Assembly (NCBI GenBank): GCA_965203095.1
Contig: OZ241877.1
Span: 672,001 to 736,000, forward strand
DNA length: 64,000 nt
DNA from: Bdellovibrionales bacterium
GTDB lineage: Bacteria > Bdellovibrionota > Bdellovibrionia > Bdellovibrionales > UBA1609
Direction: 5' to 3'
The position numbers were made by a program, and so were the translations under genes. Under the pieces are notes generated by a model, which saw only the letters and a program-made list of their open reading frames with translations, had not been told where the DNA came from and made no database searches. Positions 9,437-19,579 of this stretch are shown here, one piece after another. Numbering within the stretch: the first letter of the stretch is position 1; each line of letters starts with the position of its first letter.

Positions 9437-10570
9437 ATGTTGGGAATTATTGATTTTCTTCAAGATCTTGTCACAATACTATCCCTTGTAGCTTCCATTG
9501 TTGCTCTTTTTGTAGCTTGGCTGGCTTATCAATTACAAAAAAAATCAGACAAAGATTTAAAGCGAATTGAAGACAATATCAATATTTTGAAAGCAGAAGG
9601 ACAAAAAATTCAAAAAAATGTTGAACAAATAAAAAAGACTTCTTCTGAAATGCAGGAATATGTTAAACAAATAAATAAGATTTCTTCTAAAATGCAGGAA
9701 AATGTTAACAAATCTTATTTTCAAATAGAAAGAACAACTGCACTCAATAAATATCCTTACGGGGAGGAATTTAAAAAAATTAACGACGCCTATCTGCCTT
9801 TTATATTTTCCTTATTTGATCCTTATGAAGAACCCATTATTGGCATACAAATCAATCCAGGCAATCCACAAGAGGATTTAAGATATAAGATAGAAGTAGT
9901 TAAAGATGAGATAAATATACCAAAAAAGAAAAGGGTTTTATATTCAAATTTTTATATTATTAAAATTTTAGCTCCTGCTTCCTCAGAATATTTGACAGAA
10001 GAGGATTTACAAAAATATAAAAACAGCCCGATAAAAGAAGGCGAATATTACGGTTGTAAATTTGATCAGATGCAATGTTCCTGGATTCTAAGTCAAAGAC
10101 TAACTATCGGCTCAAAAGAAAAAGACGGATTTTTCAAATTTTATCCCTTTGGTTCTATATCCGAGTTTGAAGTTATCCAATCCGCAAATGAGATTATGGG
10201 CTACAATCAAAACGAATATCCTGATAGTGAATATACTCTCATTAATCAGTTTATAGTAGATGAGACTGGAAGTTTTTTTAGATTATTTAAAAAAGAGAAT
10301 CAGGTTTTCTTTACTATCCATGATTCCCCTTTAAAAGAGATCTATATTCTTAAAACTTGGATTCGTGCTCAAAGTAAATATTTTCTTGTTTTTGAAAATC
10401 TAAGAGGATATATAAAAAATAAGAACTTTGTAGAAAATCTAAAAAACACAGTCCTTAAAATAATAGAATCAGATAAACTCCTTAAGCCTATGGATATATC
10501 AAGCTATAGAAAAAATTATCACATAAAAATTCCATTAGAGAATCATAAAAACCAACCTAAGCCCCCTTGA
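9437..10570 (+). CDS. Hypothetical protein X1 (N-terminal TM helix + coiled coil); paralog of 21226-22443
   Basis: 377-aa ORF abutting the R-M stop codon; long near-identical stretches with 21226-22443. Confidence 0.75.
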   Translation: MLGIIDFLQDLVTILSLVASIVALFVAWLAYQLQKKSDKDLKRIEDNINILKAEGQKIQKNVEQIKKTSSEMQEYVKQINKISSKMQENVNKSYFQIERTTALNKYPYGEEFKKINDAYLPFIFSLFDPYEEPIIGIQINPGNPQEDLRYKIEVVKDEINIPKKKRVLYSNFYIIKILAPASSEYLTEEDLQKYKNSPIKEGEYYGCKFDQMQCSWILSQRLTIGSKEKDGFFKFYPFGSISEFEVIQSANEIMGYNQNEYPDSEYTLINQFIVDETGSFFRLFKKENQVFFTIHDSPLKEIYILKTWIRAQSKYFLVFENLRGYIKNKNFVENLKNTVLKIIESDKLLKPMDISSYRKNYHIKIPLENHKNQPKPP

Positions 10571-10596
10571 ACAAAAATAATCATGTAGATTTTTTA

Positions 10597-11541
10597 TTAA
10601 AACTTTTTTGAATATTTTGATATTCTTTTTAAAATTTTCTCAAAAGGAATCTGCCCTTTATAATATAAACTTTTTTGTTTTATATATCCTCTTTCAAATA
10701 GTTCTTTTTCTTTTGTATTTTTTAGAGAAAAGGCAAGATGACTTTTGACAACAGCACTTAAGCTTTTCATTCTTTCTTTTTTGTAAGATTCATAAGGTTT
10801 TGTCCCTATAAAATTTTGAATTTTTATCTCTCCAAGAAGACAGTATAAATCGTAATAATGTCTTAGAAAATTCTCTGAAATTTTATTTGTATCCCGATAT
10901 TTTTTATACTTTCGAACAACTGCATCTAACTTTTCAATAAATGTATATTCAGGATTATAACAAACAATCCTCTTAGCTCTATTATCTTTTATAGATTTTA
11001 AACTGACCCGATCAAATATCCATGAGGAAATATCCTTATTTGTGTTAGGAGTGATTTTATCAAATCCAAGCTCTAATAAAATACCTTCTTTTATGTCGGA
11101 CAATGGGGAAAACAGGCTTTTATAATATAGTCGGATTCCCGCATTTTTATACTTAGAATCATCAAAATCTGTATCTCTTTTTACTTCTTCAATTCCATTG
11201 ATTTTTCCTTCCAGTTGATCTCGTATCCAGTCAAAATACTTTTTTCTGGATTCTATATGCTTATCTTTATTATGATTTTTTCCAAAATAAACTTGAAATT
11301 TTAATTGGCCAGCAGGAGGGATTATTTGCAGATCAATATCTTCAGAAAATCTGTCAATTATTTTAAATCCTTTGGATAAGGAAGTTCCTCCTTTCATTTG
11401 AAATTCAAACAAATTATTCAAATGGTATAATGTATTCATAATCCAGTAGTCTTTTTCAACCAATGAAACATTTATTCCTAAGTCATCGGAGACGCCTTCT
11501 GTTATATCTCTAAAATGAGGATGGTTATGTAAATAAGTCAA
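10597..11541 (-). CDS. AbiEii/AbiGii nucleotidyltransferase toxin (type IV TA)
   Basis: LVEKDYW, MKGGTSLSKGFKIIDRFSEDIDL, EKLDA, RHYYDL. Confidence 0.9.
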   Translation of the reverse strand: MTYLHNHPHFRDITEGVSDDLGINVSLVEKDYWIMNTLYHLNNLFEFQMKGGTSLSKGFKIIDRFSEDIDLQIIPPAGQLKFQVYFGKNHNKDKHIESRKKYFDWIRDQLEGKINGIEEVKRDTDFDDSKYKNAGIRLYYKSLFSPLSDIKEGILLELGFDKITPNTNKDISSWIFDRVSLKSIKDNRAKRIVCYNPEYTFIEKLDAVVRKYKKYRDTNKISENFLRHYYDLYCLLGEIKIQNFIGTKPYESYKKERMKSLSAVVKSHLAFSLKNTKEKELFERGYIKQKSLYYKGQIPFEKILKRISKYSKKF

Positions 11542-11551
11542 TGTAAAATAG

Positions 11552-12127
11552 TCATCCTGTTAAAATGATTTGAAGTTTCTTTTTTGTTGATTCTTTGCCA
11601 TAATTATTGACGGTCTGAAGGAGTTTTTTTTGGTTTAATTTTTTGAGCTGTTTTTTTAGTAAATTCATATTCTTTAGCTTGTCCTCTGCCAAACGATCAA
11701 ATCGGTTTAAAAATTCAACATATAAAAATTCTTTTGAGAGTTTTTTTGGTGCTGATCTCCACCTGTAAAAATGATAAAGCCTTCCTTTAAATTGAAAAAC
11801 ACCATGTCTTTTTCGGTTAAAAACAACTCTCTTGTTATGGAGTTGTGTCAGCCCTAATCCCAACCCATTAAACAAGCTTAAATCATAAACTACAAATTTA
11901 TCATCTTTTAAAAAAGTTCTAAGCAGTTGGTTCTCTTCAGGAAAAGCTGTTCCCAAAGGAGTTTTCTCAGGACACATATAAAGGCCATTTTGTATTTTTA
12001 CCAGTGCTTTTTGAGAAACCAGTTTTTTTAAATAACGATCGGCATTAGAGGATAATCGCGTAAAATCACCTCTCCGATAAACAAACCGTGGTTTCAGCTT
12101 TTTTTTCATTTGCTTAAGAACAGTCAT
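11552..12127 (-). CDS. Probable AbiEi-type antitoxin (DUF6088-like)
   Basis: N-terminal wHTH-like VYRRGDF...LKKLV...NGLY, FNGLGLGLTQ; lies directly upstream of the AbiEii gene. Confidence 0.7.
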   Translation of the reverse strand: MTVLKQMKKKLKPRFVYRRGDFTRLSSNADRYLKKLVSQKALVKIQNGLYMCPEKTPLGTAFPEENQLLRTFLKDDKFVVYDLSLFNGLGLGLTQLHNKRVVFNRKRHGVFQFKGRLYHFYRWRSAPKKLSKEFLYVEFLNRFDRLAEDKLKNMNLLKKQLKKLNQKKLLQTVNNYGKESTKKKLQIILTG

Positions 12128-12203
12128 ATTTTATATATTGGCTTTTCTCTCTTAAATTGTCAACTATTTTATTAAAAATCTATGTAATTTTTTAAACAAC
12201 CAA

Positions 12204-12311
12204 TAAAAAACTCTGCCAAACAAGCTAAAATCCGAGAATACAAAAAACAAATTGACAAGCTGGTTTATAAACTTTACAATCTCACCCCCTACTGAAATAA
12301 AAATCATAGAA
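12204..12311 (+). pseudogene. Orphan copy of the 3' end of the type IIG R-M gene (frameshifted)
   Basis: Translates KNSAKQAKIREYKKQIDKLVYKLYNLTP/TEIKIIE versus KNPTKQAKVQQYEKQIDQLIYKLYNLTPSEIKIIE at 9321-9436. Confidence 0.85.
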
Positions 12312-12387
12312 AAGTCTAAAAATAAAAAATCTATGCAATCGCTCGTGAAAAAGCAATTTTTTCTGTTCAGCTTGGCTACCGCGAACC

Positions 12388-12459
12388 TTGCCAGAAAGCC
12401 CCCCGGCTTTCTGGCTCCCGCGAAAGCCCGTCATTCCCGTGAAAACGGGAATCCAGAAA
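12388..12459 (+). repeat. Intergenic palindromic (REP/MITE-like) repeat
   Basis: ttgccagaaagccccccggctttctggc followed by gtcattcccgtgaaaacgggaatccagaaa. Confidence 0.8.
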
Positions 12460-12551
12460 AGTTTGTCCTTCCGCAAAGCTTATTAAAAACCTAATAATAT
12501 TTTAAAAGAAAGGCTTGACATAGCTTGCATGGTGGCTTTAAACTGCTTTTA

Positions 12552-13686
12552 TACTGGTCTTGTTTGAATTTTCAGGTTTCGATGACATGAAAATTATCAG
12601 TAATAAGCATGGACAATTCAGCCCTGTATTTTCTAACACCTCTTAAAAACAGCATCAACTCTTTACGAAAAGTTTTAAGATCTGAAAAATACACATTAGC
12701 CATTGTCTTCTTCTTTACAAATTTCCAAAACCTCTCAATAGGATTCAAATTAGGAGAAAATGGAGGCAAATACAGCAAAGTAATATCCAAACTTTTCGCT
12801 AAATCCCTCACCTGAAAGGCCCTGTTATATGGTGCATTGTCTAAAACCAAATACAACCTTTTATCCCTCATAGGCTGTCTCGCCCTCACAGCTCGCAATA
12901 ACTCCTGCATTGAATTTTTATTAACCCTCTCACAGCTTCTACTGACAAAATCTAAACTATTTATCTCTATCGCACCATTTATATTCACCCGCTCACGACC
13001 TGAATTAGTTTTAACCTTAAACTCCACCCCCTTCTTAATCCAACCCGATGATATTACAGGATTGAGCATAGGATGAGTTGAATCCGCAAAATACACTAAA
13101 TCACCTCTCTTTTTTATCCTGCGATATCTTTGAATAAACACCTTCTGCTTCTCAATATCAGCCTTCCCAGGCACACCCTTTGGCTTCTTATATGAAAAAT
13201 CTAACTTGTGAAGTAAAGCCGTCATTCCATTCACAGTATAAACAACCCCAAATGTCTTTTGAACATATAAAACAACTGCCTTTGTTGTGGGATATACCTT
13301 TGACTCCAACTCCAAAACCAGTTTCTTCCGTTGTTCCTCAGATAAATACGACATGCGACCTCTATGATCGTCATAAACCAACCTCGACAAACCTCCTTCT
13401 TCATAACGCCTTTTGCAGTTTCTGATAGTTCCTTCATCAAAAAATAAAAATCTCGCAATATCGGTGACAGACTCTCCACTATCCAGCAACAAAATAACCC
13501 GGATACGATCCGCTCGCCTACGATTCCTTTCCAAACGAAGAAAAGTTAAAAGCTCTGCTTTTTGCTTGCCAGTTAAAAATGAGTTCATAGAAACATATTA
13601 TAGAACATCCAAAAGATTTGGAAAACTCATAATGCCAAAAACTAAACCTTTATCAAAAAAACTTGATTTTTTAAATCAAACCAGTA
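12552..13686 (-). mobile_element. IS630-family insertion sequence, 1135 bp (copy 1)
   Basis: Ends TACTGGT...ACCAGTA, TA duplicated at 12550-51 and 13687-88; same length and identical transposase protein as 50684-51818. Confidence 0.95.
12572..13588 (-). CDS. IS630 family DDE transposase
   Basis: HTH region, VYFADST, LVLDNAPY, YLPPFSPNLNPIERFW. Confidence 0.95.
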   Translation of the reverse strand: MNSFLTGKQKAELLTFLRLERNRRRADRIRVILLLDSGESVTDIARFLFFDEGTIRNCKRRYEEGGLSRLVYDDHRGRMSYLSEEQRKKLVLELESKVYPTTKAVVLYVQKTFGVVYTVNGMTALLHKLDFSYKKPKGVPGKADIEKQKVFIQRYRRIKKRGDLVYFADSTHPMLNPVISSGWIKKGVEFKVKTNSGRERVNINGAIEINSLDFVSRSCERVNKNSMQELLRAVRARQPMRDKRLYLVLDNAPYNRAFQVRDLAKSLDITLLYLPPFSPNLNPIERFWKFVKKKTMANVYFSDLKTFRKELMLFLRGVRKYRAELSMLITDNFHVIET

Positions 13687-13690
13687 TAAT
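13663..13690 (+). promoter_or_regulatory. Putative hybrid sigma70 promoter at the IS630 end
   Basis: TTGATT (13663-68, inside IS), 16 bp, TATAAT (13685-90, spanning the junction); AGGAGG RBS and ATG 13714 follow. Confidence 0.55.
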
Positions 13691-13713
13691 TTTCACTTTT
13701 AGGAGGTCAATCC

Positions 13714-14697
13714 ATGATTAAAGCTCAAATCGATCAGTTTGGAGGCTCAACAAGCTTTAAAAAATCAAATCAGAGTAGACAAATGAACAATATAGAAACC
13801 AAAAATAAGAATATAGAAGCTTTAAACTTATCAAGTGAAATTTTAAAGAATATCGAGCTATCAGAGATTTCTCTTGAAAAAATATGTTTAAAGTGCATTA
13901 GCCTGGCGAGATTATGTGGAGATAGTGATCATGAACTGGCTTTTAAACTGGAAGTTTTAGGTTATGGAAATGTCACTAATGGCATTCCTCCTCACATATT
14001 TAAAATTGCAGAAATAGCCAATCGAGTGACAGAGGATGATAAAGGTCAAAAAAGTTGTTTTACACTTTCAATATCTAAGCTTGAAATTATACAAAAAGCA
14101 GGACACAAAGAATTAGAAAAAATTGTTGATCCAAATTCTACAACACCTAACAGCATATTGGAAAGCAATGTTTTTTCAAAAGAGATTATAAAAATGAGCA
14201 ATTGGCTTCCACAGAGAGTAGAGTTTATATATTCTTATGTGAGTGAAAAATTTTATAAATTAAGTTTTGAAAAAGAGCTGTATTTTGTTTTAGGCAATTT
14301 AGCTGAATCTATTAAAAACACTGTCTCTGACATAATTCCAGAAGGTAGCAAAAAAATAATATCCGTTCTTGAAAACTTAAAAAGCAACAATTCTCAAGAT
14401 TGGAAAAATGTTTTAGTGACTTGCAGAAATCTATTAAAGGAAACAGCAGAAACTTTAAAACCAAAATCCAACAATAAGAAATACTATGATACCCTCAAAA
14501 GTATTGTAAAAGACAGTTCCTTATCACAAACAGATAAATCCCTTTTAGAGCAAGATATAACAGTTCTGATAGACCCATTGAATGAGGGAGCACATGATCG
14601 CCCTGTATCCAGGAAAAACGCTGAAGAGTTATTTATTCGTGTTTGCTTGTTTTTATCTAAGATAATTGAACTCAATCAGAAAAAACAAGAAAGGTAA
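13714..14697 (+). CDS. AbiTii-like domain protein, possible C-terminal HEPN-like helical domain
   Basis: EILKNIELSEISLEKICLKCISLARL...KLEVLGY resembles the AbiTii N-terminus; C-terminal CRNLL...NEGAH. Recognised by eye. Confidence 0.55.
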   Translation: MIKAQIDQFGGSTSFKKSNQSRQMNNIETKNKNIEALNLSSEILKNIELSEISLEKICLKCISLARLCGDSDHELAFKLEVLGYGNVTNGIPPHIFKIAEIANRVTEDDKGQKSCFTLSISKLEIIQKAGHKELEKIVDPNSTTPNSILESNVFSKEIIKMSNWLPQRVEFIYSYVSEKFYKLSFEKELYFVLGNLAESIKNTVSDIIPEGSKKIISVLENLKSNNSQDWKNVLVTCRNLLKETAETLKPKSNNKKYYDTLKSIVKDSSLSQTDKSLLEQDITVLIDPLNEGAHDRPVSRKNAEELFIRVCLFLSKIIELNQKKQER

Positions 14698-14709
14698 AAA
14701 AATGCCACT

Positions 14710-17700
14710 ATGAATACAAAGATTAAAAATAAAGGATCAGAATGGAATATATGGGATCTGCATATACATACACCAGCTTCTTTTCACTGGAAGGGTGGAT
14801 CTAAGTTTCAAAAAATGAGTGATGAAAACATAAGATCATCTTGTTTGGAAATTATCAAAAAGATAAATTCATCAGAACCAATTGCTTATGCAGTCGTAGA
14901 TTATTTTACTTTTGACGGAATACTGAAAATCAGAGAATTTTCAGAAGAAAATCCTTTGAAAAAAACAATATTCCCTGGTATTGAATTAAGGATTGAAGCT
15001 CCCACAAATTTTAGACCTAATATTCAAGTTCTTTTTTCAGAAAATATCACAGATCAAGAGCTGAGAGACTTTAAAAGTGAATTAAAAATATTTGGAACAG
15101 AAAGACCACTCTCTGAAGAAGCAATAATAAAAGTTGCAAAAACTTTAACCTCAGACAAAGCTAAAGAACATATTGGAAATCAAGAATATAAAACAAATGA
15201 TGATATAGCTTATCAGCTTGGATGCAAAACTATTGCAATAACCAGAAATTCTTTTGAGGAGGCTGTCAAAAACTTAGGAAAAGATAAATGTCTTGTTATA
15301 CTTCCTTATGAGACTTTTAATGGTATTAGCCAATTAAATTGGCAGAAACACCCAATAGAAGATATGTATTACCTTGGCATGGCTGATTTTTTTGAATCCA
15401 GAAAATCAGAATATATAGATCTTTTTTTAGGGAGAGAAACAGAAAAAAATGAAAAATTTTTTGACAATTTTCAACAAGCTATAGGTGGCAGGCCAAAGCC
15501 TGTTTTGTCTGGTTCAGATGCACATAAGATAGAAGATTATGGGAAATTCCCACATGACAAAAAAACATGGTTAAAAGCTGAGCCAACTTTTAAGGGATTG
15601 CGTCAAGTTATTGCAGAACCTAAAGAAAGATGTTTTATTGGAGAAAAACCTGAAAAATTAAAAATTATCAAATCTAAGGCCACAAAATTTATATCAAAAA
15701 TAAAAATTGAAAAAAAGCAGGGAAATGATTTTCCTGAAAAATGGTTTAACAATGAAGTATATTTCAATCCTGAATTGATAGCAGTCATTGGAAATAAAGG
15801 TTCCGGAAAAAGTGCATTGACTGACATTTTAGGACTTCTTGGTGGTTCAAAGCAATATGCCTCATTTTCTTTTTTGAATAAGAAAAAATTTTTAAGTAAA
15901 AATGGAGAAAAAGCCAAACATTTCCAAGCTACTCTATATTGGGAAAATCAAGAGAGCAATCAAAAAAATTTAAACGATGCAGTTAGTTCAACTGAAATAG
16001 AAAAGATAAAATATATACCACAGTCCTATTTGGAAAATTTATGTAATGAAATTAACTCACAAAACAATTTATTTGATAGAGAATTAAAAAATGTAATTTT
16101 TTCTCACATATCTTATGAGAAAAAGTTAGGATATGATAACCTTGATTCTTTATTGAAATTTAAAACAGAGGAAATAAATCAGGAAATATCTAATTTCAGA
16201 ATGGAATTAAAAAGTATAACAAAAAATATTTTAGATAACAGAAGAAAAATAACTGAAGAATATAAAACAAACCTTGCAAATAGGTTGTCCGCAAAACAAA
16301 AGGAGCTTGAGGCTGTTAAAAGCTCAAAACCTGAAGAAGTTTTAAAGCCAGAAATTGATAACATCGATCCTGCTACAAAAGAAAAAATTAAAAAATTAGA
16401 ACAATTAAAATTAGAGGAAAAAGAAATAGAAAATGAAATTAAATCATTAGAGACTGAGATTGGTTCTCTTAGAAAAAAGAAAGCCACCTTAGATAAAGCG
16501 ATTGCTCAAATTAAACTTTTAGAACAAGATGTTATAAAAAAATCGCACGAAGTGAGAAAATTATTAGAGAGCGTGGGCTGTAATGAGCCTAATATCATTA
16601 CATTTGATTCAAAAATTATAGATTTAGAGAAATTGTCTAATAAGTGGGGTCAGAAGTTAAAAGCAAAGTCAGAATTAGTTGATGTTTTTTCAAGCCATGA
16701 AGAAAACAGTTTATGGTTTAAAAGACAGAATATTCAAGATAAGATAAAAAAGATTTCTGAAGAAATTGATGAACCAAATAAAAAATTCCACAAATACTTA
16801 TCAGACTTTGAAAATTGGAAACAAAAAGTTCAACTTATCCAAGGAGATGAAAATAAACCTGATACAGTGAGCTACTTAAATACAGAATTGAGCAAAATCA
16901 ATAGCATTCCAACGAAAATAACTGATCTTGAAAAGCAAAGAAACGATTTAGTGAAGAAAATTTATGGTAAAATAAGTGAGTTATCTCAAATTTATAGAGA
17001 GTTTTATGATCCTGTTCAAAAGTTTATTTCAGCAAAACCTTTTGAAGAGGATATATTTAAAATTTCTTTTAAGGTGGAAATTATAGATAAAAGTTTCAAA
17101 ACTGATTTTTTTAACTTGATCAACAGAAACAAATCAGGAACTTTTTATGGAAATGAAAACAGTGAAAAAAGAATAAATCGTTTGCTTGATTCCTTTGATT
17201 TTAATAAGTTAGAGGATGTAATACAATTTGTCGATACTGTCTTTAATCAATTAGAAAATGATTATAGAGAAACTGAACCAAAGAAAACCAGATTTGAACT
17301 TCAGGCAAGAGATCCAAAGCACCCAGAGAACCTTTATAACATGATTTTTGGATTGGAATATCTTGAGCCAAAATATTCCCTACAACTGAATGACAAAAAC
17401 ATTGCTCAATTATCACCTGGAGAGAGAGGAACATTATTATTGATTTTCTATTTAATGATTGATAAAGATGATAAACCTTTAATTTTAGATCAACCTGAAG
17501 AGAATCTTGATAATCAAACGATATTTAAAGTTTTGGTCCCTTGTATTAAAAAAGCGAAAAAAAGCAGACAAGTATTTTTGGTCACACATAACCCAAACTT
17601 AGCTGTGGTATGTGATGCCAAACAGATAATTGTGGCTTCAATCGATAAAACAAACAATAATGCTGTTCATTATCATTCTGGAGCGATTGAAAATCCTGAG

Positions 17701-17793
17701 ACAAATAAAAAAGTTTTAGATATATTGGAAGGCACAAAACCTGCATTTGAAAACAGAGAAAACAAATATCAAAATTTAAAACCTTCATCTTGA
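14710..17793 (+). CDS. PHP phosphoesterase + ABC/SMC-type ATPase (TrlF/Ppl-like)
   Basis: WDLHIHTP, GIE, GSDAH (PHP); GNKGSGKS Walker A, coiled coil, LSPGERG signature, LILDQPEENLD Walker B, VTHNPN. Confidence 0.85.
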   Translation: MNTKIKNKGSEWNIWDLHIHTPASFHWKGGSKFQKMSDENIRSSCLEIIKKINSSEPIAYAVVDYFTFDGILKIREFSEENPLKKTIFPGIELRIEAPTNFRPNIQVLFSENITDQELRDFKSELKIFGTERPLSEEAIIKVAKTLTSDKAKEHIGNQEYKTNDDIAYQLGCKTIAITRNSFEEAVKNLGKDKCLVILPYETFNGISQLNWQKHPIEDMYYLGMADFFESRKSEYIDLFLGRETEKNEKFFDNFQQAIGGRPKPVLSGSDAHKIEDYGKFPHDKKTWLKAEPTFKGLRQVIAEPKERCFIGEKPEKLKIIKSKATKFISKIKIEKKQGNDFPEKWFNNEVYFNPELIAVIGNKGSGKSALTDILGLLGGSKQYASFSFLNKKKFLSKNGEKAKHFQATLYWENQESNQKNLNDAVSSTEIEKIKYIPQSYLENLCNEINSQNNLFDRELKNVIFSHISYEKKLGYDNLDSLLKFKTEEINQEISNFRMELKSITKNILDNRRKITEEYKTNLANRLSAKQKELEAVKSSKPEEVLKPEIDNIDPATKEKIKKLEQLKLEEKEIENEIKSLETEIGSLRKKKATLDKAIAQIKLLEQDVIKKSHEVRKLLESVGCNEPNIITFDSKIIDLEKLSNKWGQKLKAKSELVDVFSSHEENSLWFKRQNIQDKIKKISEEIDEPNKKFHKYLSDFENWKQKVQLIQGDENKPDTVSYLNTELSKINSIPTKITDLEKQRNDLVKKIYGKISELSQIYREFYDPVQKFISAKPFEEDIFKISFKVEIIDKSFKTDFFNLINRNKSGTFYGNENSEKRINRLLDSFDFNKLEDVIQFVDTVFNQLENDYRETEPKKTRFELQARDPKHPENLYNMIFGLEYLEPKYSLQLNDKNIAQLSPGERGTLLLIFYLMIDKDDKPLILDQPEENLDNQTIFKVLVPCIKKAKKSRQVFLVTHNPNLAVVCDAKQIIVASIDKTNNNAVHYHSGAIENPETNKKVLDILEGTKPAFENRENKYQNLKPSS

Positions 17794-17835
17794 TTCTTTT
17801 ATGGATGTGAAGATAAAGAAAAATCAAGGATAGGT

Positions 17836-18543
17836 ATGGCAGGCTTATCGAGTATTGAATGGACAGAGGCGACTTGGAATCCTCTAACAGGCTGTAATAC
17901 AATCAGTCCGGGTTGTAAAAACTGCTATGCAGAAAGGTTGTCGTATCGTCTTCAAAAAATGGGGCAATCCAATTATAGAAACGGCTTTGAGCTGACTTTA
18001 CATGAATCCAGTTTGCAAATCCCTGCACAGTGGAACAAACCACGAATGATTTTTGTCAATTCTATGAGTGATCTTTTTCATAAAGCTGTTCCTCTCTCTT
18101 TTATTAAAAAAGTTTTTGAGGTTATGAATGATTTGCCTCAACATAAATTTCAAGTTCTAACTAAAAGAGCAGATCGTTTAGAGCAAATAGCCCATAAACT
18201 GAATTGGACTTCCAATATATGGATGGGTGTTAGTGTGGAAAGTGCAAAATACAAATTTCGTATCCAGCATCTTTTAAGAACACCGGCCAAAATCAAATTT
18301 TTATCGCTGGAGCCTCTTTTAGAGCCTTTGTCTCGTCTTAAACTTAAAGGCATTGATTGGGTGATAGTAGGAGGAGAGTCCGGGCCAAAAGCCAGACCTA
18401 TGAAAAAGGAATGGGTGCTTTCCCTTCGCGACCAATGCATTAGGAAAAAAACTCCGTTCTTTTTTAAACAATGGGGAGGAGTGCGAAAGCACAAAACCGG
18501 ACGACTGCTTGAAGGCAGAACTTGGGATGAAATGCCCTTCTAA
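17836..18543 (+). CDS. DUF5131 / phage Gp37-Gp68 family three-Cys protein
   Basis: [58 protein letters not shown]. Confidence 0.9.
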   Translation: MAGLSSIEWTEATWNPLTGCNTISPGCKNCYAERLSYRLQKMGQSNYRNGFELTLHESSLQIPAQWNKPRMIFVNSMSDLFHKAVPLSFIKKVFEVMNDLPQHKFQVLTKRADRLEQIAHKLNWTSNIWMGVSVESAKYKFRIQHLLRTPAKIKFLSLEPLLEPLSRLKLKGIDWVIVGGESGPKARPMKKEWVLSLRDQCIRKKTPFFFKQWGGVRKHKTGRLLEGRTWDEMPF

Positions 18544-18583
18544 TCGCCTGCCAGAAAGCCCTGTCCTTCCTCACAAAGCAAGA

Positions 18584-18639
18584 TTTCTGGATTCCCGTTT
18601 GCACGGGGGAGCCAAAAAGCTTGGGGAGCTTTTTGGCAA
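18584..18639 (-). repeat. Intergenic palindromic repeat, inverted relative to the 12388 copy
   Basis: Reverse complement reads ttgccaaaaagctccccaagctttttggctcccccgtgcaaacgggaatccagaaa. Confidence 0.78.
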
Positions 18640-18924
18640 AATGAGACTTTTTCAAAAGGGACTAATGTAGTTATTAAAAAGGAGGGATAACTTTTTATCC
18701 GTTTCCTTATGCAAAAACAGGCATTTTGACGCCGTTTGTTAATCTCTGGAAAAATATATAAAATAAAGGATTTTATGAAAACTGGGTTTTGGGCTGGTTA
18801 TAGACGGGTCATGGCCCAGTCACTATGAACCTTTTTTAGCTAAAAACAAAGAGCTTTAAACAAATTTGTTGTTTTTCTTTTGGATTGAGATATAATACCA
18901 TAAGCAGAAAAGCAGGGTTATCCT

Positions 18925-19114
18925 GCTCAAAGGCAAACATTTTCTTGTTTTTGAAAATTTAAGAGGATATGTAAAAAACGAGAACTTTGTAGAAAATCTG
19001 AAAAACATAGTTCTTAAAACAATAGAATTGGATAAACTACCTGAGCGAGATGTAGATACATTAAAATATAGGAAAAACCATCATCATATAAAAATTCCAT
19101 TAAAAAATAATTAG
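18925..19114 (+). pseudogene. C-terminal remnant of the hypothetical protein X family
   Basis: Translates KHFLVFENLRGYVKNENFVENLKNIVLK...HIKIPLKNN*, matching the X1/X2 C-termini; no start codon. Confidence 0.85.
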
Positions 19115-19140
19115 TTTAAAAAAACACAAGGAGGTGTTTT

Positions 19141-19560
19141 GTGAAACATAATCAAAGAGATTTATTACTTAGTATTCATTTTGAATACGCAATAAAAATA
19201 GTGAATGGTTTAAAAACTATAGAACTTAGAAGAAAATTTCCACTTTTTAAAGAAGAGGACGAAAAGAAAATTTTTGTTTATGCTTGCTCCCCAATTTCAC
19301 AAATTATAGGAGAATGTGAATTAAAAGAAGTGAAAAAATTTTCATTAAAGAGGCTTTGGAATGAAACAAAAGATTCTGCTATGATAGATCAATATTCGTT
19401 TAAAAAATATTTTAAAAATTGTATTTTTGGCTTTGCTTTATATCTTAATAATCCAGTAAAATATGATCAATTTATAGGATTAAAACAGATTTTTGGACAA
19501 AATAACAGCCCTCCTCAATCCTATAGATATATGGCTAAATCTGTAATAGTAACGGCTTGA
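19141..19560 (+). CDS. ASCH (PUA-like) domain protein
   Basis: LLSIHFEYAIKIVNGLKTIELRR, FVYACSP...IIGE, PPQSYRY; AGGAGG RBS, GTG start. Confidence 0.85.
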   Translation: MKHNQRDLLLSIHFEYAIKIVNGLKTIELRRKFPLFKEEDEKKIFVYACSPISQIIGECELKEVKKFSLKRLWNETKDSAMIDQYSFKKYFKNCIFGFALYLNNPVKYDQFIGLKQIFGQNNSPPQSYRYMAKSVIVTA

Positions 19561-19579
19561 TTCCTAAGGTGGTTTTATA

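Noticed and set aside
12252..12494. 80-aa and 64-aa ORFs
   Set aside because: They are off-frame readings of the orphan R-M tail plus the palindromic repeat.
17836..18543. Prophage, based on the Gp37/Gp68 family name
   Set aside because: No phage structural, terminase or replication genes nearby; this family is common outside phages.
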